DNA of 64,000 bases from Dehalococcoidia bacterium (GTDB lineage: Bacteria; Chloroflexota; Dehalococcoidia; Lucifugimonadales; UBA3495), in the NCBI GenBank assembly GCA_963667675.1, contig OY763929.1, positions 719,386 to 783,385 on the forward strand, read 5' to 3'. The notes below the pieces were generated by a model that made no database searches, was not told where the DNA came from, and worked only from the letters and a program-made list of their open reading frames with translations. Position 1 is the first letter of the stretch, and each line of letters opens with the position of its first letter. Shown here in pieces: positions 46,685 through 57,177 of the stretch. The position numbers and the translations under genes are program-made.

Positions 46685-47952
46685 TGGCCGACGTCCTGGG
46701 GCCTGCTCAATTCCACCTTCTCTATCCTCACACCGTCCATCTCCTTGACCGTGAACCTGAACTCCCTGTGCTCCACCACGTCGCCCTCCTCTGGGATACG
46801 GCCCAGGTTGTCCAGGATAAACCCTGCCACCGTCTGGTAGTCGCCCGACGGCAGGTCCACGTTAAGCTCCTCGTTGATGTCCAATATGCTGACTCCGGCG
46901 TCCAGCAGATAGGTGTGGTCGTCCAGGGACACGTAGACTTCCTCCTGGGAACCCTCCTCTTCTTCCACCTGGCCGACTATGACCTCCAGCAACTGCTTCA
47001 GGGTGACCAGCCCGGCGATGCCGCCGAATTCATCCACCGCCAGCGTCAGGCCGTAGCTGCCGCTTTGCATCTCGCTGAACGTCCCGCTGATGGTCTTGGT
47101 CTCTGGAACGAAGTAAACGGGACGCAAATTCTCGGTGACCGAGTCCCCCATCCGCAATCGCTCCCTCCCCATGTTCTGGAGCACGTCCTTGATGGCCATA
47201 ACCCCCACCACGTTCTCCGTGGTGCCTTCGTAGACCGGGAATCGGGTGTGCAGGTTCTCCAGGTAAATGGGCAGGAATTTCTCCAGCGTCGTACCCCGCT
47301 CCACCCACACGATTTCCGGCCGGGGCGTCATGATTTCCCGCACCCGCCGGTCGCCGAAATGGAACACCTGCTCCAGCAGGGCGGCTTCCCGGGCCTCTAC
47401 TGCGCCGGTCTGGGCGCCGGCCGCGATAAGGCTGCGGATTTCCTCCTCGTCGATCTCTGGCAGTTTGCCCGAAATCCCCACACCTTTGCTGACCACCGAC
47501 GTTACCCCTTGCAGCACCCGTACTGCCGGGGCCAGCGCCACCCCCGCCGCCTCTACGGGGACGGAAGCGGCAAATGCCACTTTCTCCGAGCGGTGCCAGG
47601 CAATGGTCTTGGGTATAGCCTCGCCGAAGACAACCAGTATCAGGGTTATGCCGAATGTCGCTGCCAGCGCGGCCCTGTAGTCGTTGCCAATCCAACTCAC
47701 CAAGAGGGCTGTGCCCAGCACTGCCGCCCCGGTATTTACCAGGTTGTTGCTCAACAGCACCGTGGCCAGCAGCTTGTTGGGAACTTGAATCAGCCGGCTA
47801 ACCCGTTCGGCTCCGGGTTGGCCGATGCGTATCAGGTGCATCAAGCGCGCCCGGGGCAGGGCAATGAATGCCGTCTCCGAGGAGGAAAAAAGGGCCGACA
47901 GCATCAGGCACAGGACCAGTAATATCAACCTCGATAAGTCAGGAATATCCAT
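46681..47952 (-). CDS. CNNM/hemolysin-family protein (DUF21 + CBS pair + CorC_HlyC)
   Basis: 423 aa with an N-terminal 4-TM DUF21, a CBS region and a C-terminal CorC/HlyC-like domain (...GFILDNLGRIPEEGDVVEHREFRFTVKEMDGVRIEKV). Confidence 0.85.
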   Translation of the reverse strand: MDIPDLSRLILLVLCLMLSALFSSSETAFIALPRARLMHLIRIGQPGAERVSRLIQVPNKLLATVLLSNNLVNTGAAVLGTALLVSWIGNDYRAALAATFGITLILVVFGEAIPKTIAWHRSEKVAFAASVPVEAAGVALAPAVRVLQGVTSVVSKGVGISGKLPEIDEEEIRSLIAAGAQTGAVEAREAALLEQVFHFGDRRVREIMTPRPEIVWVERGTTLEKFLPIYLENLHTRFPVYEGTTENVVGVMAIKDVLQNMGRERLRMGDSVTENLRPVYFVPETKTISGTFSEMQSGSYGLTLAVDEFGGIAGLVTLKQLLEVIVGQVEEEEGSQEEVYVSLDDHTYLLDAGVSILDINEELNVDLPSGDYQTVAGFILDNLGRIPEEGDVVEHREFRFTVKEMDGVRIEKVELSRPQDVGQ

Positions 47953-48227
47953 CGTGGGGCGTCACCTCCGCAATCCGAGGGTGGCATAGTTTCTAGACGT
48001 GGAGTTTAACAGTAGTTTCTAGCTGTCACGATAATAGCACATCGCCCAGCCCGCCCGTAAAGCTCACCCCGTCAGCCCCTCCCGTTCGTAGTGCGCAAAA
48101 TATCCCCCCGTTCGTGGTGAGCTTGTCGAACCAAACGAACGGGCCGCGGCGATAGCCCCTTGCTCGACGACGTGGACTCCAATTTGCCTCGCAGTTTTGC
48201 TATCCTATCCGGACGCGTGAAAGAGAC

Positions 48228-49265
<1,038 letters not shown>

Positions 49266-49358
49266 ACCGAGCCTCCCGTTCTGCCCCCAGCCCCACGTTC
49301 GTGGTGAGCTTGTCGGACCACCCCTACGCAAGGCAAAGGACCGGCCAAACACTCCGCG

Positions 49359-49967
49359 TCAGTCCTCCCACAGTGCGGCCCGGCCGTTGCTGGGCTGGCG
49401 GGCTGCAAAAAGGCTGTTCACCACCTGGTATATTTCCCTGCTGGCACGCCCGCTCCGGTACGGGAACGCCAATCGCCAGTTGCTTCCCTGGAACAGCGCC
49501 GAGCCGTCCTCGCTCACCAAGTAGTGACGGCTCACCAGCATTGCCGCCCCCAGGAGGCCCAACAAGAGCGCCAGCGGCCCCAGGTCGATTTTGATCAACG
49601 GCACGCTGGGCCCGTCCAAGACCCCGGTCAGCCAGTAGGCGGCCACCAGGTAGAACACAACCCCCGCAACCGCCAGGACTGCTCCCTGGAGCAACCTGCC
49701 CAAACGACGGGGAGCGGGCCTCACCGACGCGCTCTGGACCTCTTCCACCATGGTCAAAAAGGTCTCCTCGCGCCCATTGGTGCGGCAGAAAGCCAGAAGC
49801 CGCCGGTTGGTTGCAACCAGCATCCGGCCGGACCTCGGCGGTTCCTGGACCAGGCCTCGCTCCGGGGAGAACACACAGGTTATAGCTTCCCCCGGCAGCA
49901 ACTCCACCTCTCGCACTTGGCCTGCTTCGCGTTCCAACCCAGGGGAACTATCTATCAATCTATTCAT
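49359..49967 (-). CDS. hypothetical membrane protein (PH-like N-terminal region plus 2 TM)
   Basis: 202-aa ORF with host-like composition and two hydrophobic helices. No firm motif. Confidence 0.5.
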   Translation of the reverse strand: MNRLIDSSPGLEREAGQVREVELLPGEAITCVFSPERGLVQEPPRSGRMLVATNRRLLAFCRTNGREETFLTMVEEVQSASVRPAPRRLGRLLQGAVLAVAGVVFYLVAAYWLTGVLDGPSVPLIKIDLGPLALLLGLLGAAMLVSRHYLVSEDGSALFQGSNWRLAFPYRSGRASREIYQVVNSLFAARQPSNGRAALWED

Positions 49968-50057
49968 CCCCTAATCCGCAAATACTATCACTGTTAATGA
50001 AGGCGGCGGCCGGCCGTGCTTGTACGACCAGAAACGCGGCCTAGAGGAGCTATCACG

Positions 50058-50512
50058 CTAGGGCACCACCCGGTCATAACTGTGTGGACGGCACTCTAGG
50101 AGCGAACGCTGCATATCGTAGCGAATATCCCACTGATTCAAAATATCCCTTCCCAGCAATGACGGAAGAACCGCATTCTCCTCGGTGGGTAGGGCGACGG
50201 CCAAGTCAATGTTATAGCCTATCAATCGAAATCGTGACCTGAGTCCATGTGGTTCCTGAAAATAGATTTGAGCCGACGCCGAGGCATATTCTGCTCTTCC
50301 GCCGATTCCTCGTGACGACAACGATGCCTGAAGTCCGTCGATGGGAAACCCAGCCGCCTGGCATCGGCTGGGTGCAGGCAAGTACCCGATGCGCCGGTGT
50401 CAACGAGGAACCGAACTATGCTACTTCCGTGGAGGTGGAGGTCAAATTCGGGGATTACCAAGCCCGCAAGAATGACAGGATTTCCGGCGGTGTCAAAGGA
50501 GCCTTTGATCAC
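50058..50512 (-). pseudogene. retropepsin-like aspartic protease split by a -1 frame change at G_GGU_UUC
   Basis: The N-terminal half (GTG 50512; ...FLVDTGASGTCLHPADARRLGF) and the C-terminal half (...PIDGLQASLSSRGIGGRAEY...LPSLLGRDILNQWDIRY) are in frames offset by -1. The switch must lie at GGGTTTC (50345-50351, minus strand). Confidence 0.65.
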
Positions 50513-50790
50513 AGCAGCAGGTGAGTCCCCTCGGGGTCAAGGTATCCCAAGGCATACTCCCAGTTGTCGATGCCGCGTTTCTCCAAAGAGGCGACCAATG
50601 CGCTGGGAGAGTCTGAGTGATCAATCACACCATCCTGCCCCACTGCAACCCAGCGGTTCGGGTACTGCTCCAATAATTCGGCATAATCGTTATCCATCCT
50701 CAGCCGGACAGCTTCAAAGACCTGCAAATTGCGCGACAGCTTTCCAGCACTGGTCGAGGACTTGTCTGATTTTCTGTTGAGCAGCCTCAT
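50509..50790 (-). CDS. small DUF5678-like protein, upstream partner of the retropepsin-like gene
   Basis: ...DYAELLEQYPNRWVAVGQDGVIDHSDSPSALVASLEKRG. GTGA overlap with the protease gene. The true start may be an internal Met. Confidence 0.55.
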   Translation of the reverse strand: MRLLNRKSDKSSTSAGKLSRNLQVFEAVRLRMDNDYAELLEQYPNRWVAVGQDGVIDHSDSPSALVASLEKRGIDNWEYALGYLDPEGTHLLL

Positions 50791-50912
50791 AGTTGCCTTC
50801 CTTGGTGACCTGGCCTCATTACTGTTTCTACCATATCACAATACATCATGTTGGCATATCGCACCGCTCACGTGACTTGTGCGGCAATGGGAATGCAGGG
50901 CAAGGGCTGTGG

Positions 50913-51227
50913 TCAGTCCACGGCGTGGCTGTAGGAGGCCCAGGGGAGGAGGAGGCGCAGGAGGTGGTCCGGATAGGGCTGGTTTCGACGCTCGTTGCAG
51001 GCTTCAAGGTAACCTACCGCACTGGTGAAGGTGGGGAGCCGGAAGCCTGCTTTGGCGACCTTGCGCACGAATTCCCAGGGGCTAGGGAGGGTGCGTTTGA
51101 GGGCGCGAGCGACAGCCCACTGGTCGCAGACTTCGTTGGACATGCGCTGAATCATGAGTTGGGCATAGGGCAGGGCCATTTGGCGGCGAAGAGAGCGGAC
51201 GCGCGCTTGCAGAGAGCTGATATTCAT
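50913..51227 (-). CDS. hypothetical protein (104 aa)
   Basis: ATGA overlap with the upstream HTH gene when started at MNISSLQARV.... No motif recognised. Confidence 0.45.
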   Translation of the reverse strand: MNISSLQARVRSLRRQMALPYAQLMIQRMSNEVCDQWAVARALKRTLPSPWEFVRKVAKAGFRLPTFTSAVGYLEACNERRNQPYPDHLLRLLLPWASYSHAVD

Positions 51228-51634
51228 CTGGCTTTCTCCTGAGCCTTCCATAGTGGGGTGGAGTCCTCGAGGGCCTGAACCTGGGCCTGGATTTCCTGGA
51301 TATCGTTAAACCTGGCGGAGTAGCTGAGGATGGTGCGGGCAGCACGGAGGCGGATTTCCGGCTTGGGGTCGTCCAGGAATTCGCCAAGTTGAAGAACAGC
51401 CTGGAGGGCCAGACTTCGCAGGTGACCCTTGGCAAGCTCGGCGGACTCGCGTTGCTGCTGGGCGTACTGCTCCCGGAACTCGGGGTCTTGGAGCCAACGG
51501 TGCAGGGTGCGTCGGCCCACCTTAGAAAGGCGGGCAGCCTGGGCGATGGTGGGGGCGGAGGCGAGTACGGGGAGGGCGGCTTCTTGGCGCGGGGAGAGAC
51601 CAGGATTCTTTTTTGCGGAGCCATTGTGAGACAT
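51224..51634 (-). CDS. HTH protein resembling phage/plasmid small-terminase-type or homeodomain-like DNA-binding proteins
   Basis: LSPRQEAALPVLASAPTIAQAARLSKVGRRTLHRWLQDPEFREQY is the pattern seen in mobile-element HTH proteins. Confidence 0.5.
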   Translation of the reverse strand: MSHNGSAKKNPGLSPRQEAALPVLASAPTIAQAARLSKVGRRTLHRWLQDPEFREQYAQQQRESAELAKGHLRSLALQAVLQLGEFLDDPKPEIRLRAARTILSYSARFNDIQEIQAQVQALEDSTPLWKAQEKAR

Positions 51635-52175
51635 TTAGAGCCATGGGGCCTCAGTGGCCGGTTTTTAGATTCGGCGGGGGTAAAACCCGCCTGATGACAG
51701 CATAGACATGGAGTGTGGGGGTGCGCAAGCGCGAAATGTCAGTAGGTTGGGGTGGGGATTGGCTGGGAGCAGAGGGGTGATGGGGCGCGGGTTTGTTCAC
51801 CCTTCGAGAGCCTCAGGGCGAACGGGTGGGGAGGGATGAAGATCGAGGCGGTGGTGTAGGGGGTAGCCATTTGTAGCGGCTATGCTGGGAATGGCTTAAG
51901 GGCTTGCCTGACGCCCTGAGGGAAAGGCAAAATGCTCTTGGTGTCGGTATTCTCTAATCTAACGGGACCTTCTCCGCCTCATGTGTAGCCTTGGCCCTGT
52001 CTAATCGGTGATTATATTTCCTGTCCTTCTTCTCGCGGTTACTGAATTCTTTGTTGCAAAAACACCGTCGGTTAACTATCCAATATCCAGTACGCTGCAC
52101 CATATCAACATCATTCATACGCTCCTCCTGTCCAAGAGATCTGCCGTGGTGAACGCAGGAGTAGTCCTAGCATGC

Positions 52176-52532
52176 TCAGTACCACTCGTACTCGAACTCC
52201 CCAATGATGCGCTTTCCCCTCTGTAGGCCATGAGCTTCTATTCGCTCACCTGTTTCTGGATGGTAGACATACCCAGAGTAGCCGAAGCCGCCTTCTCCGC
52301 CCAGCTTGGCGTCCTTGGAAATGGCGCAGAACACGAGGTCCTGCCCCAGCATGGTCAACCCCGTGTCGTGCTTTGATACCGAGAACAAGTCTCCGTTGGC
52401 GTCCCGGACCTGTTTCAGTTCTTCGCCAGTAGCGCCGTGGTAGCAACTGCCGCCAAGTCCAACGGTATCGCAGGCGGCCGCGGCAAGAGTTAACAGGCTC
52501 AACGTGAATACAGTGAACTTGAGAAACATCAA
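52176..52532 (-). CDS. small secreted protein or lipoprotein, unknown function
   Basis: Signal peptide MMFLKFTVFTLSLLTLAAAAC. 118 aa in low-GC context. Confidence 0.5.
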   Translation of the reverse strand: MMFLKFTVFTLSLLTLAAAACDTVGLGGSCYHGATGEELKQVRDANGDLFSVSKHDTGLTMLGQDLVFCAISKDAKLGGEGGFGYSGYVYHPETGERIEAHGLQRGKRIIGEFEYEWY

Positions 52533-53133
52533 GGTGCCCCCTTTGCGGCTAGGATTCGGTAGCTGTCACACCGCCGTCCCCAATAGGCCAGCCAAGGGGG
52601 CGAAAAGCTGAACCCTGGCGACTTCTGGCCTTACTGGGGTGGGGCGATTCGCCCCGCGGTGTGACAGGGGGCAGTCTAAGTGGCGGTTGACACGCTGTCA
52701 ACCAAAGGACTATGTTCCCGGCATAGCGTCACCGTGATAGCGCAGTTACTGAGCGAAAGGGCACATTATGATTGTGAGTACAAATCGGGCCTACCGGACA
52801 GAGGGGAAGGCCAGGAGTTTAAGATACAAACTTGAAATCGATATTCGCATGGCGACCGTGGGTGTAACAGTTTCAAGCTACTCCCCCCATGTCTTCCCCT
52901 GCGGCTTCACATCGCCTGGGGTCAAGGTCAAATACAAGAAGGTCTTGACCTGGGGGACACTGAACGGTGCTTCCTACCGGTCCAACACCACCAGCGAATC
53001 CGGGGCCTGTGCGTGGCTGCTGCCGAAGAAGTATATGCTCTATGACTAGGTGGACTTGGCTGCCGGGGTTGGCTCTTCCGCTTATCCTCACGGTCTGCAG
53101 GGTCGATCCAACGGTAAGTCCCAACCGGGATGC

Positions 53134-53168
53134 AGAGGTAGCCTGCCTGCAAACGGCAGGCTACCTCT
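53134..53168. other. perfect 14-bp hairpin
   Basis: AGAGGTAGCCTGCC, a 7-nt loop, then GGCAGGCTACCTCT. No U-tract. Confidence 0.5.
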
Positions 53169-53294
53169 CTTAAAGCGGAGACGGGGTGACGTTTCCATCT
53201 AGGGGAAAACCTTGGGCGAGTGCTGGGGTGAAAAAGTCAACATAGCCCAGTAAACGAGCGGGCGAACTTCAAGGTATAATAGTGGCTCGCGCAT

Positions 53295-53744
53295 TTGGCT
53301 CTAAGCCGGAGGTATCAAATGGAAAACAAGTGCGAATGTGGCCCTGAGCAGCGCCTAGCCGCTTTGGAAGAACGTACAAGGAACGTCGAACTCACCGTAA
53401 ACCCTAAACGGGATAGGGAAGTTGAACGGCAATTGGCTACGCTGCAAGAGCGAACCCAAACGCACGCGGCGAACTTAGGCGACCACAATGGTCAGATCAA
53501 CCGCTTGGAACAATCGATTTCCCGAAATGAAGCAGAAAGCGTAAAACACTACGAGGGTATTGAAAAACTCAACGGCGAAATAGACTACCAGATTAATCGC
53601 ATCACCGACGCACACGACAAGATTTCAGCGTTGCAGGCGGAGGCCAAGACGTTCGTGACTTACGAGAAGGCGTTGGTGACTGGTGTGGCTTTTGGAGGCG
53701 TACTTGTGGGCGTCACAGCTGTGCTTGTACGCTTGATCGACTGA
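53295..53744 (+). CDS. coiled-coil protein with a C-terminal TM anchor
   Basis: Heptad-rich sequence (LAALEERTRNVE..., LQERTQTHAANL..., INRLEQSISRNE...) ending in VTGVAFGGVLVGVTAVLV. The start is uncertain (an alternative Met lies 8 codons in). Confidence 0.5.
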   Translation: MALSRRYQMENKCECGPEQRLAALEERTRNVELTVNPKRDREVERQLATLQERTQTHAANLGDHNGQINRLEQSISRNEAESVKHYEGIEKLNGEIDYQINRITDAHDKISALQAEAKTFVTYEKALVTGVAFGGVLVGVTAVLVRLID

Positions 53745-55113
53745 CCTCTTTTGTGTGCTGCATTCCATCGTGGCAAACCCGCTCAACTTGTGCGGACTCA
53801 AGGGGTCTGGTGGTTGACCACGGGTTCAACCCGACTCTTAAAGAGGACACCACCCCGGCAGCTTCAAGGTAATTTTCAACTTGGAACAATTGGTTTGCTT
53901 TCCAAGGCAGGATACTCAGGTCGTTACGCATTTGGTTGGTGTTGCCTCGAACAGCAATCACTGGAATGCCGTTGGCAAGGGCCGCAAGCGTCGGCAGACC
54001 AATGCACCCATCGGGAATAACCAGGCAGGACACGTTCTCTGATTGAATATCGGATGCGGGGCTTACCTCACTCCACAGGGAAACCCCCGGACTCCGCTGA
54101 AGCCCGCGCAGGACGCATTGAAGGAAGGCAACTGATATGACCTCGGCAGCCATCCGGGGGTCAACTACACCGAGGTCCATCTCAGAAATCTCACGTGACT
54201 CAAACATTGGTGCATGGGCAGAGGGCAACCCATACCTGAGGGACAGAGCGTGGGTAAGCATCGCCTCGACGCCACCCCAAGGATTCACCAGTTCGTCTAC
54301 TAGCCGATAGTAATTCTGGTGGAGTTCACGTGGTAATTCTATGACGCTCGTAACCGCTATAGCGCCGTATTCCCCTGCCTTAGTATCTAGGATGTCGAAT
54401 ACGTGCTCAATTCCGTCTATCCTACCCGCCGCGCCGCCGCTTGGTGTGTATTCGGATATCATTCGAAATTTGGGATTGATTTCTACCACGTCGGCATTGA
54501 GACCATAGGATGCGCGGGCAGCATTGACGCTGTTGATGGCAGCGTTCGGGAACATACTTTCCTCGTGGGATTGGACAAGGACCAGCAGCCTGTTGTTCCG
54601 CGCTCGGCGCAATCCAATAGACCCCATCATCAGTTGGGTAATCAGACTCCCCTCTACGTACAGAGCATTTGGCGGGATTTGGATTATGTCCGAGGCGTTA
54701 AGGACGTTGGGGTGAGTGATGAGAGTATCGCAGACGGACGCCATCAGAGTTGCGGCGGGGGTGGCATCCCCAGCATGGCCACCAACCATCGCACCTATCC
54801 CAGTTGGTACCAACATCACAACATTGAAGCTGCTGGCGTCCTCGTGAGCACATGGCCTGAATTTGAAAATCTCTGGCCCTTGGTTGAGACTCTCTGCGGT
54901 GGATACACCCAACTCGCAGGTCCAACGTCTTGAGTCGGACTTGGTCACAGCCAGACGAATGGGCACTGAGGGCCAAGATATATCCAACTCGTGCTTGAGA
55001 TAGGATTCTATTTGCCTGATTAGGTCTGGACGCTCAAGGTTTATGGGTATTTCAATTATTCGCTGGTTAATATAAACAGACATCAGACACCCAATATCCG
55101 AGATAGTCTTCAT
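53713..55113 (-). CDS. DUF3326-like protein with a ~95-aa N-terminal extension
   Basis: The core motif VPTGIGAMVGGHAGDATPAATLMASVCDTLITHPNVLNAS matches what I recall of DUF3326 (cyanobacterial/plastid-lineage family of unknown function). It overlaps the upstream decarboxylase gene by 17-47 nt depending on the start. Confidence 0.65.
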   Translation of the reverse strand: MKTISDIGCLMSVYINQRIIEIPINLERPDLIRQIESYLKHELDISWPSVPIRLAVTKSDSRRWTCELGVSTAESLNQGPEIFKFRPCAHEDASSFNVVMLVPTGIGAMVGGHAGDATPAATLMASVCDTLITHPNVLNASDIIQIPPNALYVEGSLITQLMMGSIGLRRARNNRLLVLVQSHEESMFPNAAINSVNAARASYGLNADVVEINPKFRMISEYTPSGGAAGRIDGIEHVFDILDTKAGEYGAIAVTSVIELPRELHQNYYRLVDELVNPWGGVEAMLTHALSLRYGLPSAHAPMFESREISEMDLGVVDPRMAAEVISVAFLQCVLRGLQRSPGVSLWSEVSPASDIQSENVSCLVIPDGCIGLPTLAALANGIPVIAVRGNTNQMRNDLSILPWKANQLFQVENYLEAAGVVSSLRVGLNPWSTTRPLESAQVERVCHDGMQHTKEVSRSSVQAQL

Positions 55114-56233
55114 AAGTGTGAGATTGACGCCTTTCTAAGACACCGCCAGGGGACTTGACCCATACTGACGGCAAATTGATTCCGTTGAACCGGTTCGATT
55201 TTACCTGCGCGTACGCTCCCGCCTCCAAGAAGGTAATTGCCGTCCCCACCACCAAGGGCGAATTAAAACGGTACCGACCGAATACGTCCCCCGCTAGGCA
55301 ACTACTACCCACTAGGAGACATTCAACGTCGCCATCCTCGATCGCCTCTAGCACCTCCGGTTGCCAGTCGAACTCAAGGACTTCTGGCAGGTGGTTAACT
55401 GAAGCATCTAGCACAGCGATCCGGACACCATCTCTCTGGAATGAGTCAATTACCCTAGTTGCCAGGGTCCCTGCCGAGCGCACCAATCCTGACCCCGGTT
55501 CGAGAAACACATCGTTTGCAAGGCGGCGCTTCGCAAGCTTTACCGAGCGTTTGAGCGGCGCAAGTGTGGGGGTGCTGTCGAATAGGTATCCGCCGCCAAA
55601 GTTTATCCAGTCAAAGCTGCCACCTAAGCCGTCGTCAACCAGCGCGGTTACGTTATCTTCGAGTTCCCCCAAGTCTTCGGAATCGCAGTTGGTATGGAAG
55701 TGTAATCCCTTAACCTCAACCGGAGACGATGCCAAGGTCTCGGCTAGTGACTCCAGTGGCACACCGAGTTTCGATAATCGTCTGGCCGGATCATATCGGG
55801 GGTCTTGCGTGTAAGAAATCCTTGTGTTGACCCTTATCCCTACGCTGATGCGCTGATCGACCCTCAACCCGAACCGATGCAGTTGAGTCTCTGAATTGAA
55901 GGCTATGAAGTCGCATAGGTCGGCTAGTTCGTCGATTTCGTCCTCACGCAGTCCAGGCGTGGTGAGATGTAGTGAATGATTAGGGTGCAGCTTCTTGACC
56001 AATCGGGCTTCAAATAGTGAACTAACGGCAAACCCGGTTAGAGAACCGGCGAGTGCGTCCAAGACATCTGGAAACACACACGCTTTTACAGCGTATAGAA
56101 CTTTGGCACCGCATGAATCCTGGACACTGGCCGCCACCTTCGCAAGCGAGGCCAATCTGTCGCAATCATAAATCAGTGATGGAGTGGAGAACCGTTGCTC
56201 TGAAAGCTGTCTGATCGCCTGGTGGTCATTCAT
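55067..56233 (-). CDS. PLP-dependent fold-type III decarboxylase, carboxynorspermidine decarboxylase (NspC/CANSDC)-like
   Basis: Collinear with the CANSDC pattern: LYAVKAC (PLP Lys), SSLFEA, CDFIAFNS..QLHRF, DPRYDP...SKLG, HFHTNC, NFGGGY, LEPGS, VGSSCLAGDVFG, RFNGINLPSV. Confidence 0.8.
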   Translation of the reverse strand: MNDHQAIRQLSEQRFSTPSLIYDCDRLASLAKVAASVQDSCGAKVLYAVKACVFPDVLDALAGSLTGFAVSSLFEARLVKKLHPNHSLHLTTPGLREDEIDELADLCDFIAFNSETQLHRFGLRVDQRISVGIRVNTRISYTQDPRYDPARRLSKLGVPLESLAETLASSPVEVKGLHFHTNCDSEDLGELEDNVTALVDDGLGGSFDWINFGGGYLFDSTPTLAPLKRSVKLAKRRLANDVFLEPGSGLVRSAGTLATRVIDSFQRDGVRIAVLDASVNHLPEVLEFDWQPEVLEAIEDGDVECLLVGSSCLAGDVFGRYRFNSPLVVGTAITFLEAGAYAQVKSNRFNGINLPSVWVKSPGGVLERRQSHTYEDYLGYWVSDVCLY

Positions 56234-56759
56234 TTCAGAGTTCTAATGGGCAAAACAATCCACCTGCCACGGGCCATTGAATCACACAGGAATCGTTACG
56301 CGCAAGTACCGCTCATTACAGAGTCCGGATAGTCCTTCCGCCTTACGGCAATCATAAAACGCTGGCGGCAGAGTGCACAATTATCAACATTGACGCCTGT
56401 GGTGACCACAAGCACTCCCTTAGGGACTTATCCGGCCTTAGTGAGAAGGCAGCACTCGGCGAGGGTGAAGAAGGCGCAAGGGCTATCTTACCACAGGCGG
56501 GGGAGGCGAATGTTGGGGCCTACCTGATGCCTCGATGTAGCGCGTCTCCGTATGATGGCTCTACAGCCCTTGCACAGCTTAGTGGTTCGCTCCCGGGTTT
56601 GTTCGACTATACCCCAGGCGTCTCCCATGGCCCAGGACAGGCTCACCACGAACGGAGGGGACGGGGGGCGGGGGGACTCCTGTGTGCGCGAGGATGACGG
56701 GTTGGGCGCTGAGGGGCGGGGTGGTGGCTAGCGGGGAGATTGAGTAGATATGGTGGGGT

Positions 56760-57176
56760 TTAGTTGCTCAAGATGATTCTGTTTCGATAGATAGTTATAT
56801 GAAAGATGCCGATGAAATCCATGCCTAAGATCACATCATAGCCCCTAGGCTGATATGGAAGACCTGCAACGAAGAGTTGGTTGCCCATCAGGAAACGCTG
56901 AGTCCCTGGGGGATGAGTCGCGGTGTAAGCTATCGGGATATCTATTCTGGCTCGGTATTGGACCGTGTTTACCGGTTCACCAGAAGCTACTGTCAGTCCG
57001 AGAGGCGCTACCGGCACAAGCTGTAGGCCCTGCACGACCTTCGGGGATATGGCTGTTACCTGAGCGCCTGTGTCCAAGAGTGCGGCAACGGAAAGTGTTG
57101 GTCCTCCCGGCGCAGGCGAAACATCAACAGCAACGATTATCTGGTTATTGACAACCTGTTGCTCAAAAGAAGGCAC
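56760..57176 (-). CDS. retropepsin-like aspartic protease (intact)
   Basis: ALLDTGAQVTAISP (DTG active site) and DVILGMDFIG, the pepsin-retropepsin half-domain pattern. 138 aa. Confidence 0.75.
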   Translation of the reverse strand: MPSFEQQVVNNQIIVAVDVSPAPGGPTLSVAALLDTGAQVTAISPKVVQGLQLVPVAPLGLTVASGEPVNTVQYRARIDIPIAYTATHPPGTQRFLMGNQLFVAGLPYQPRGYDVILGMDFIGIFHITIYRNRIILSN

Positions 57177-57177
57177 T

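Noticed and set aside
46597-47922. 441-aa plus-strand ORF over the CNNM/hemolysin-family gene.
   Set aside because: It is antisense to a clear DUF21-CBS-CorC protein, and its translation has no motifs.
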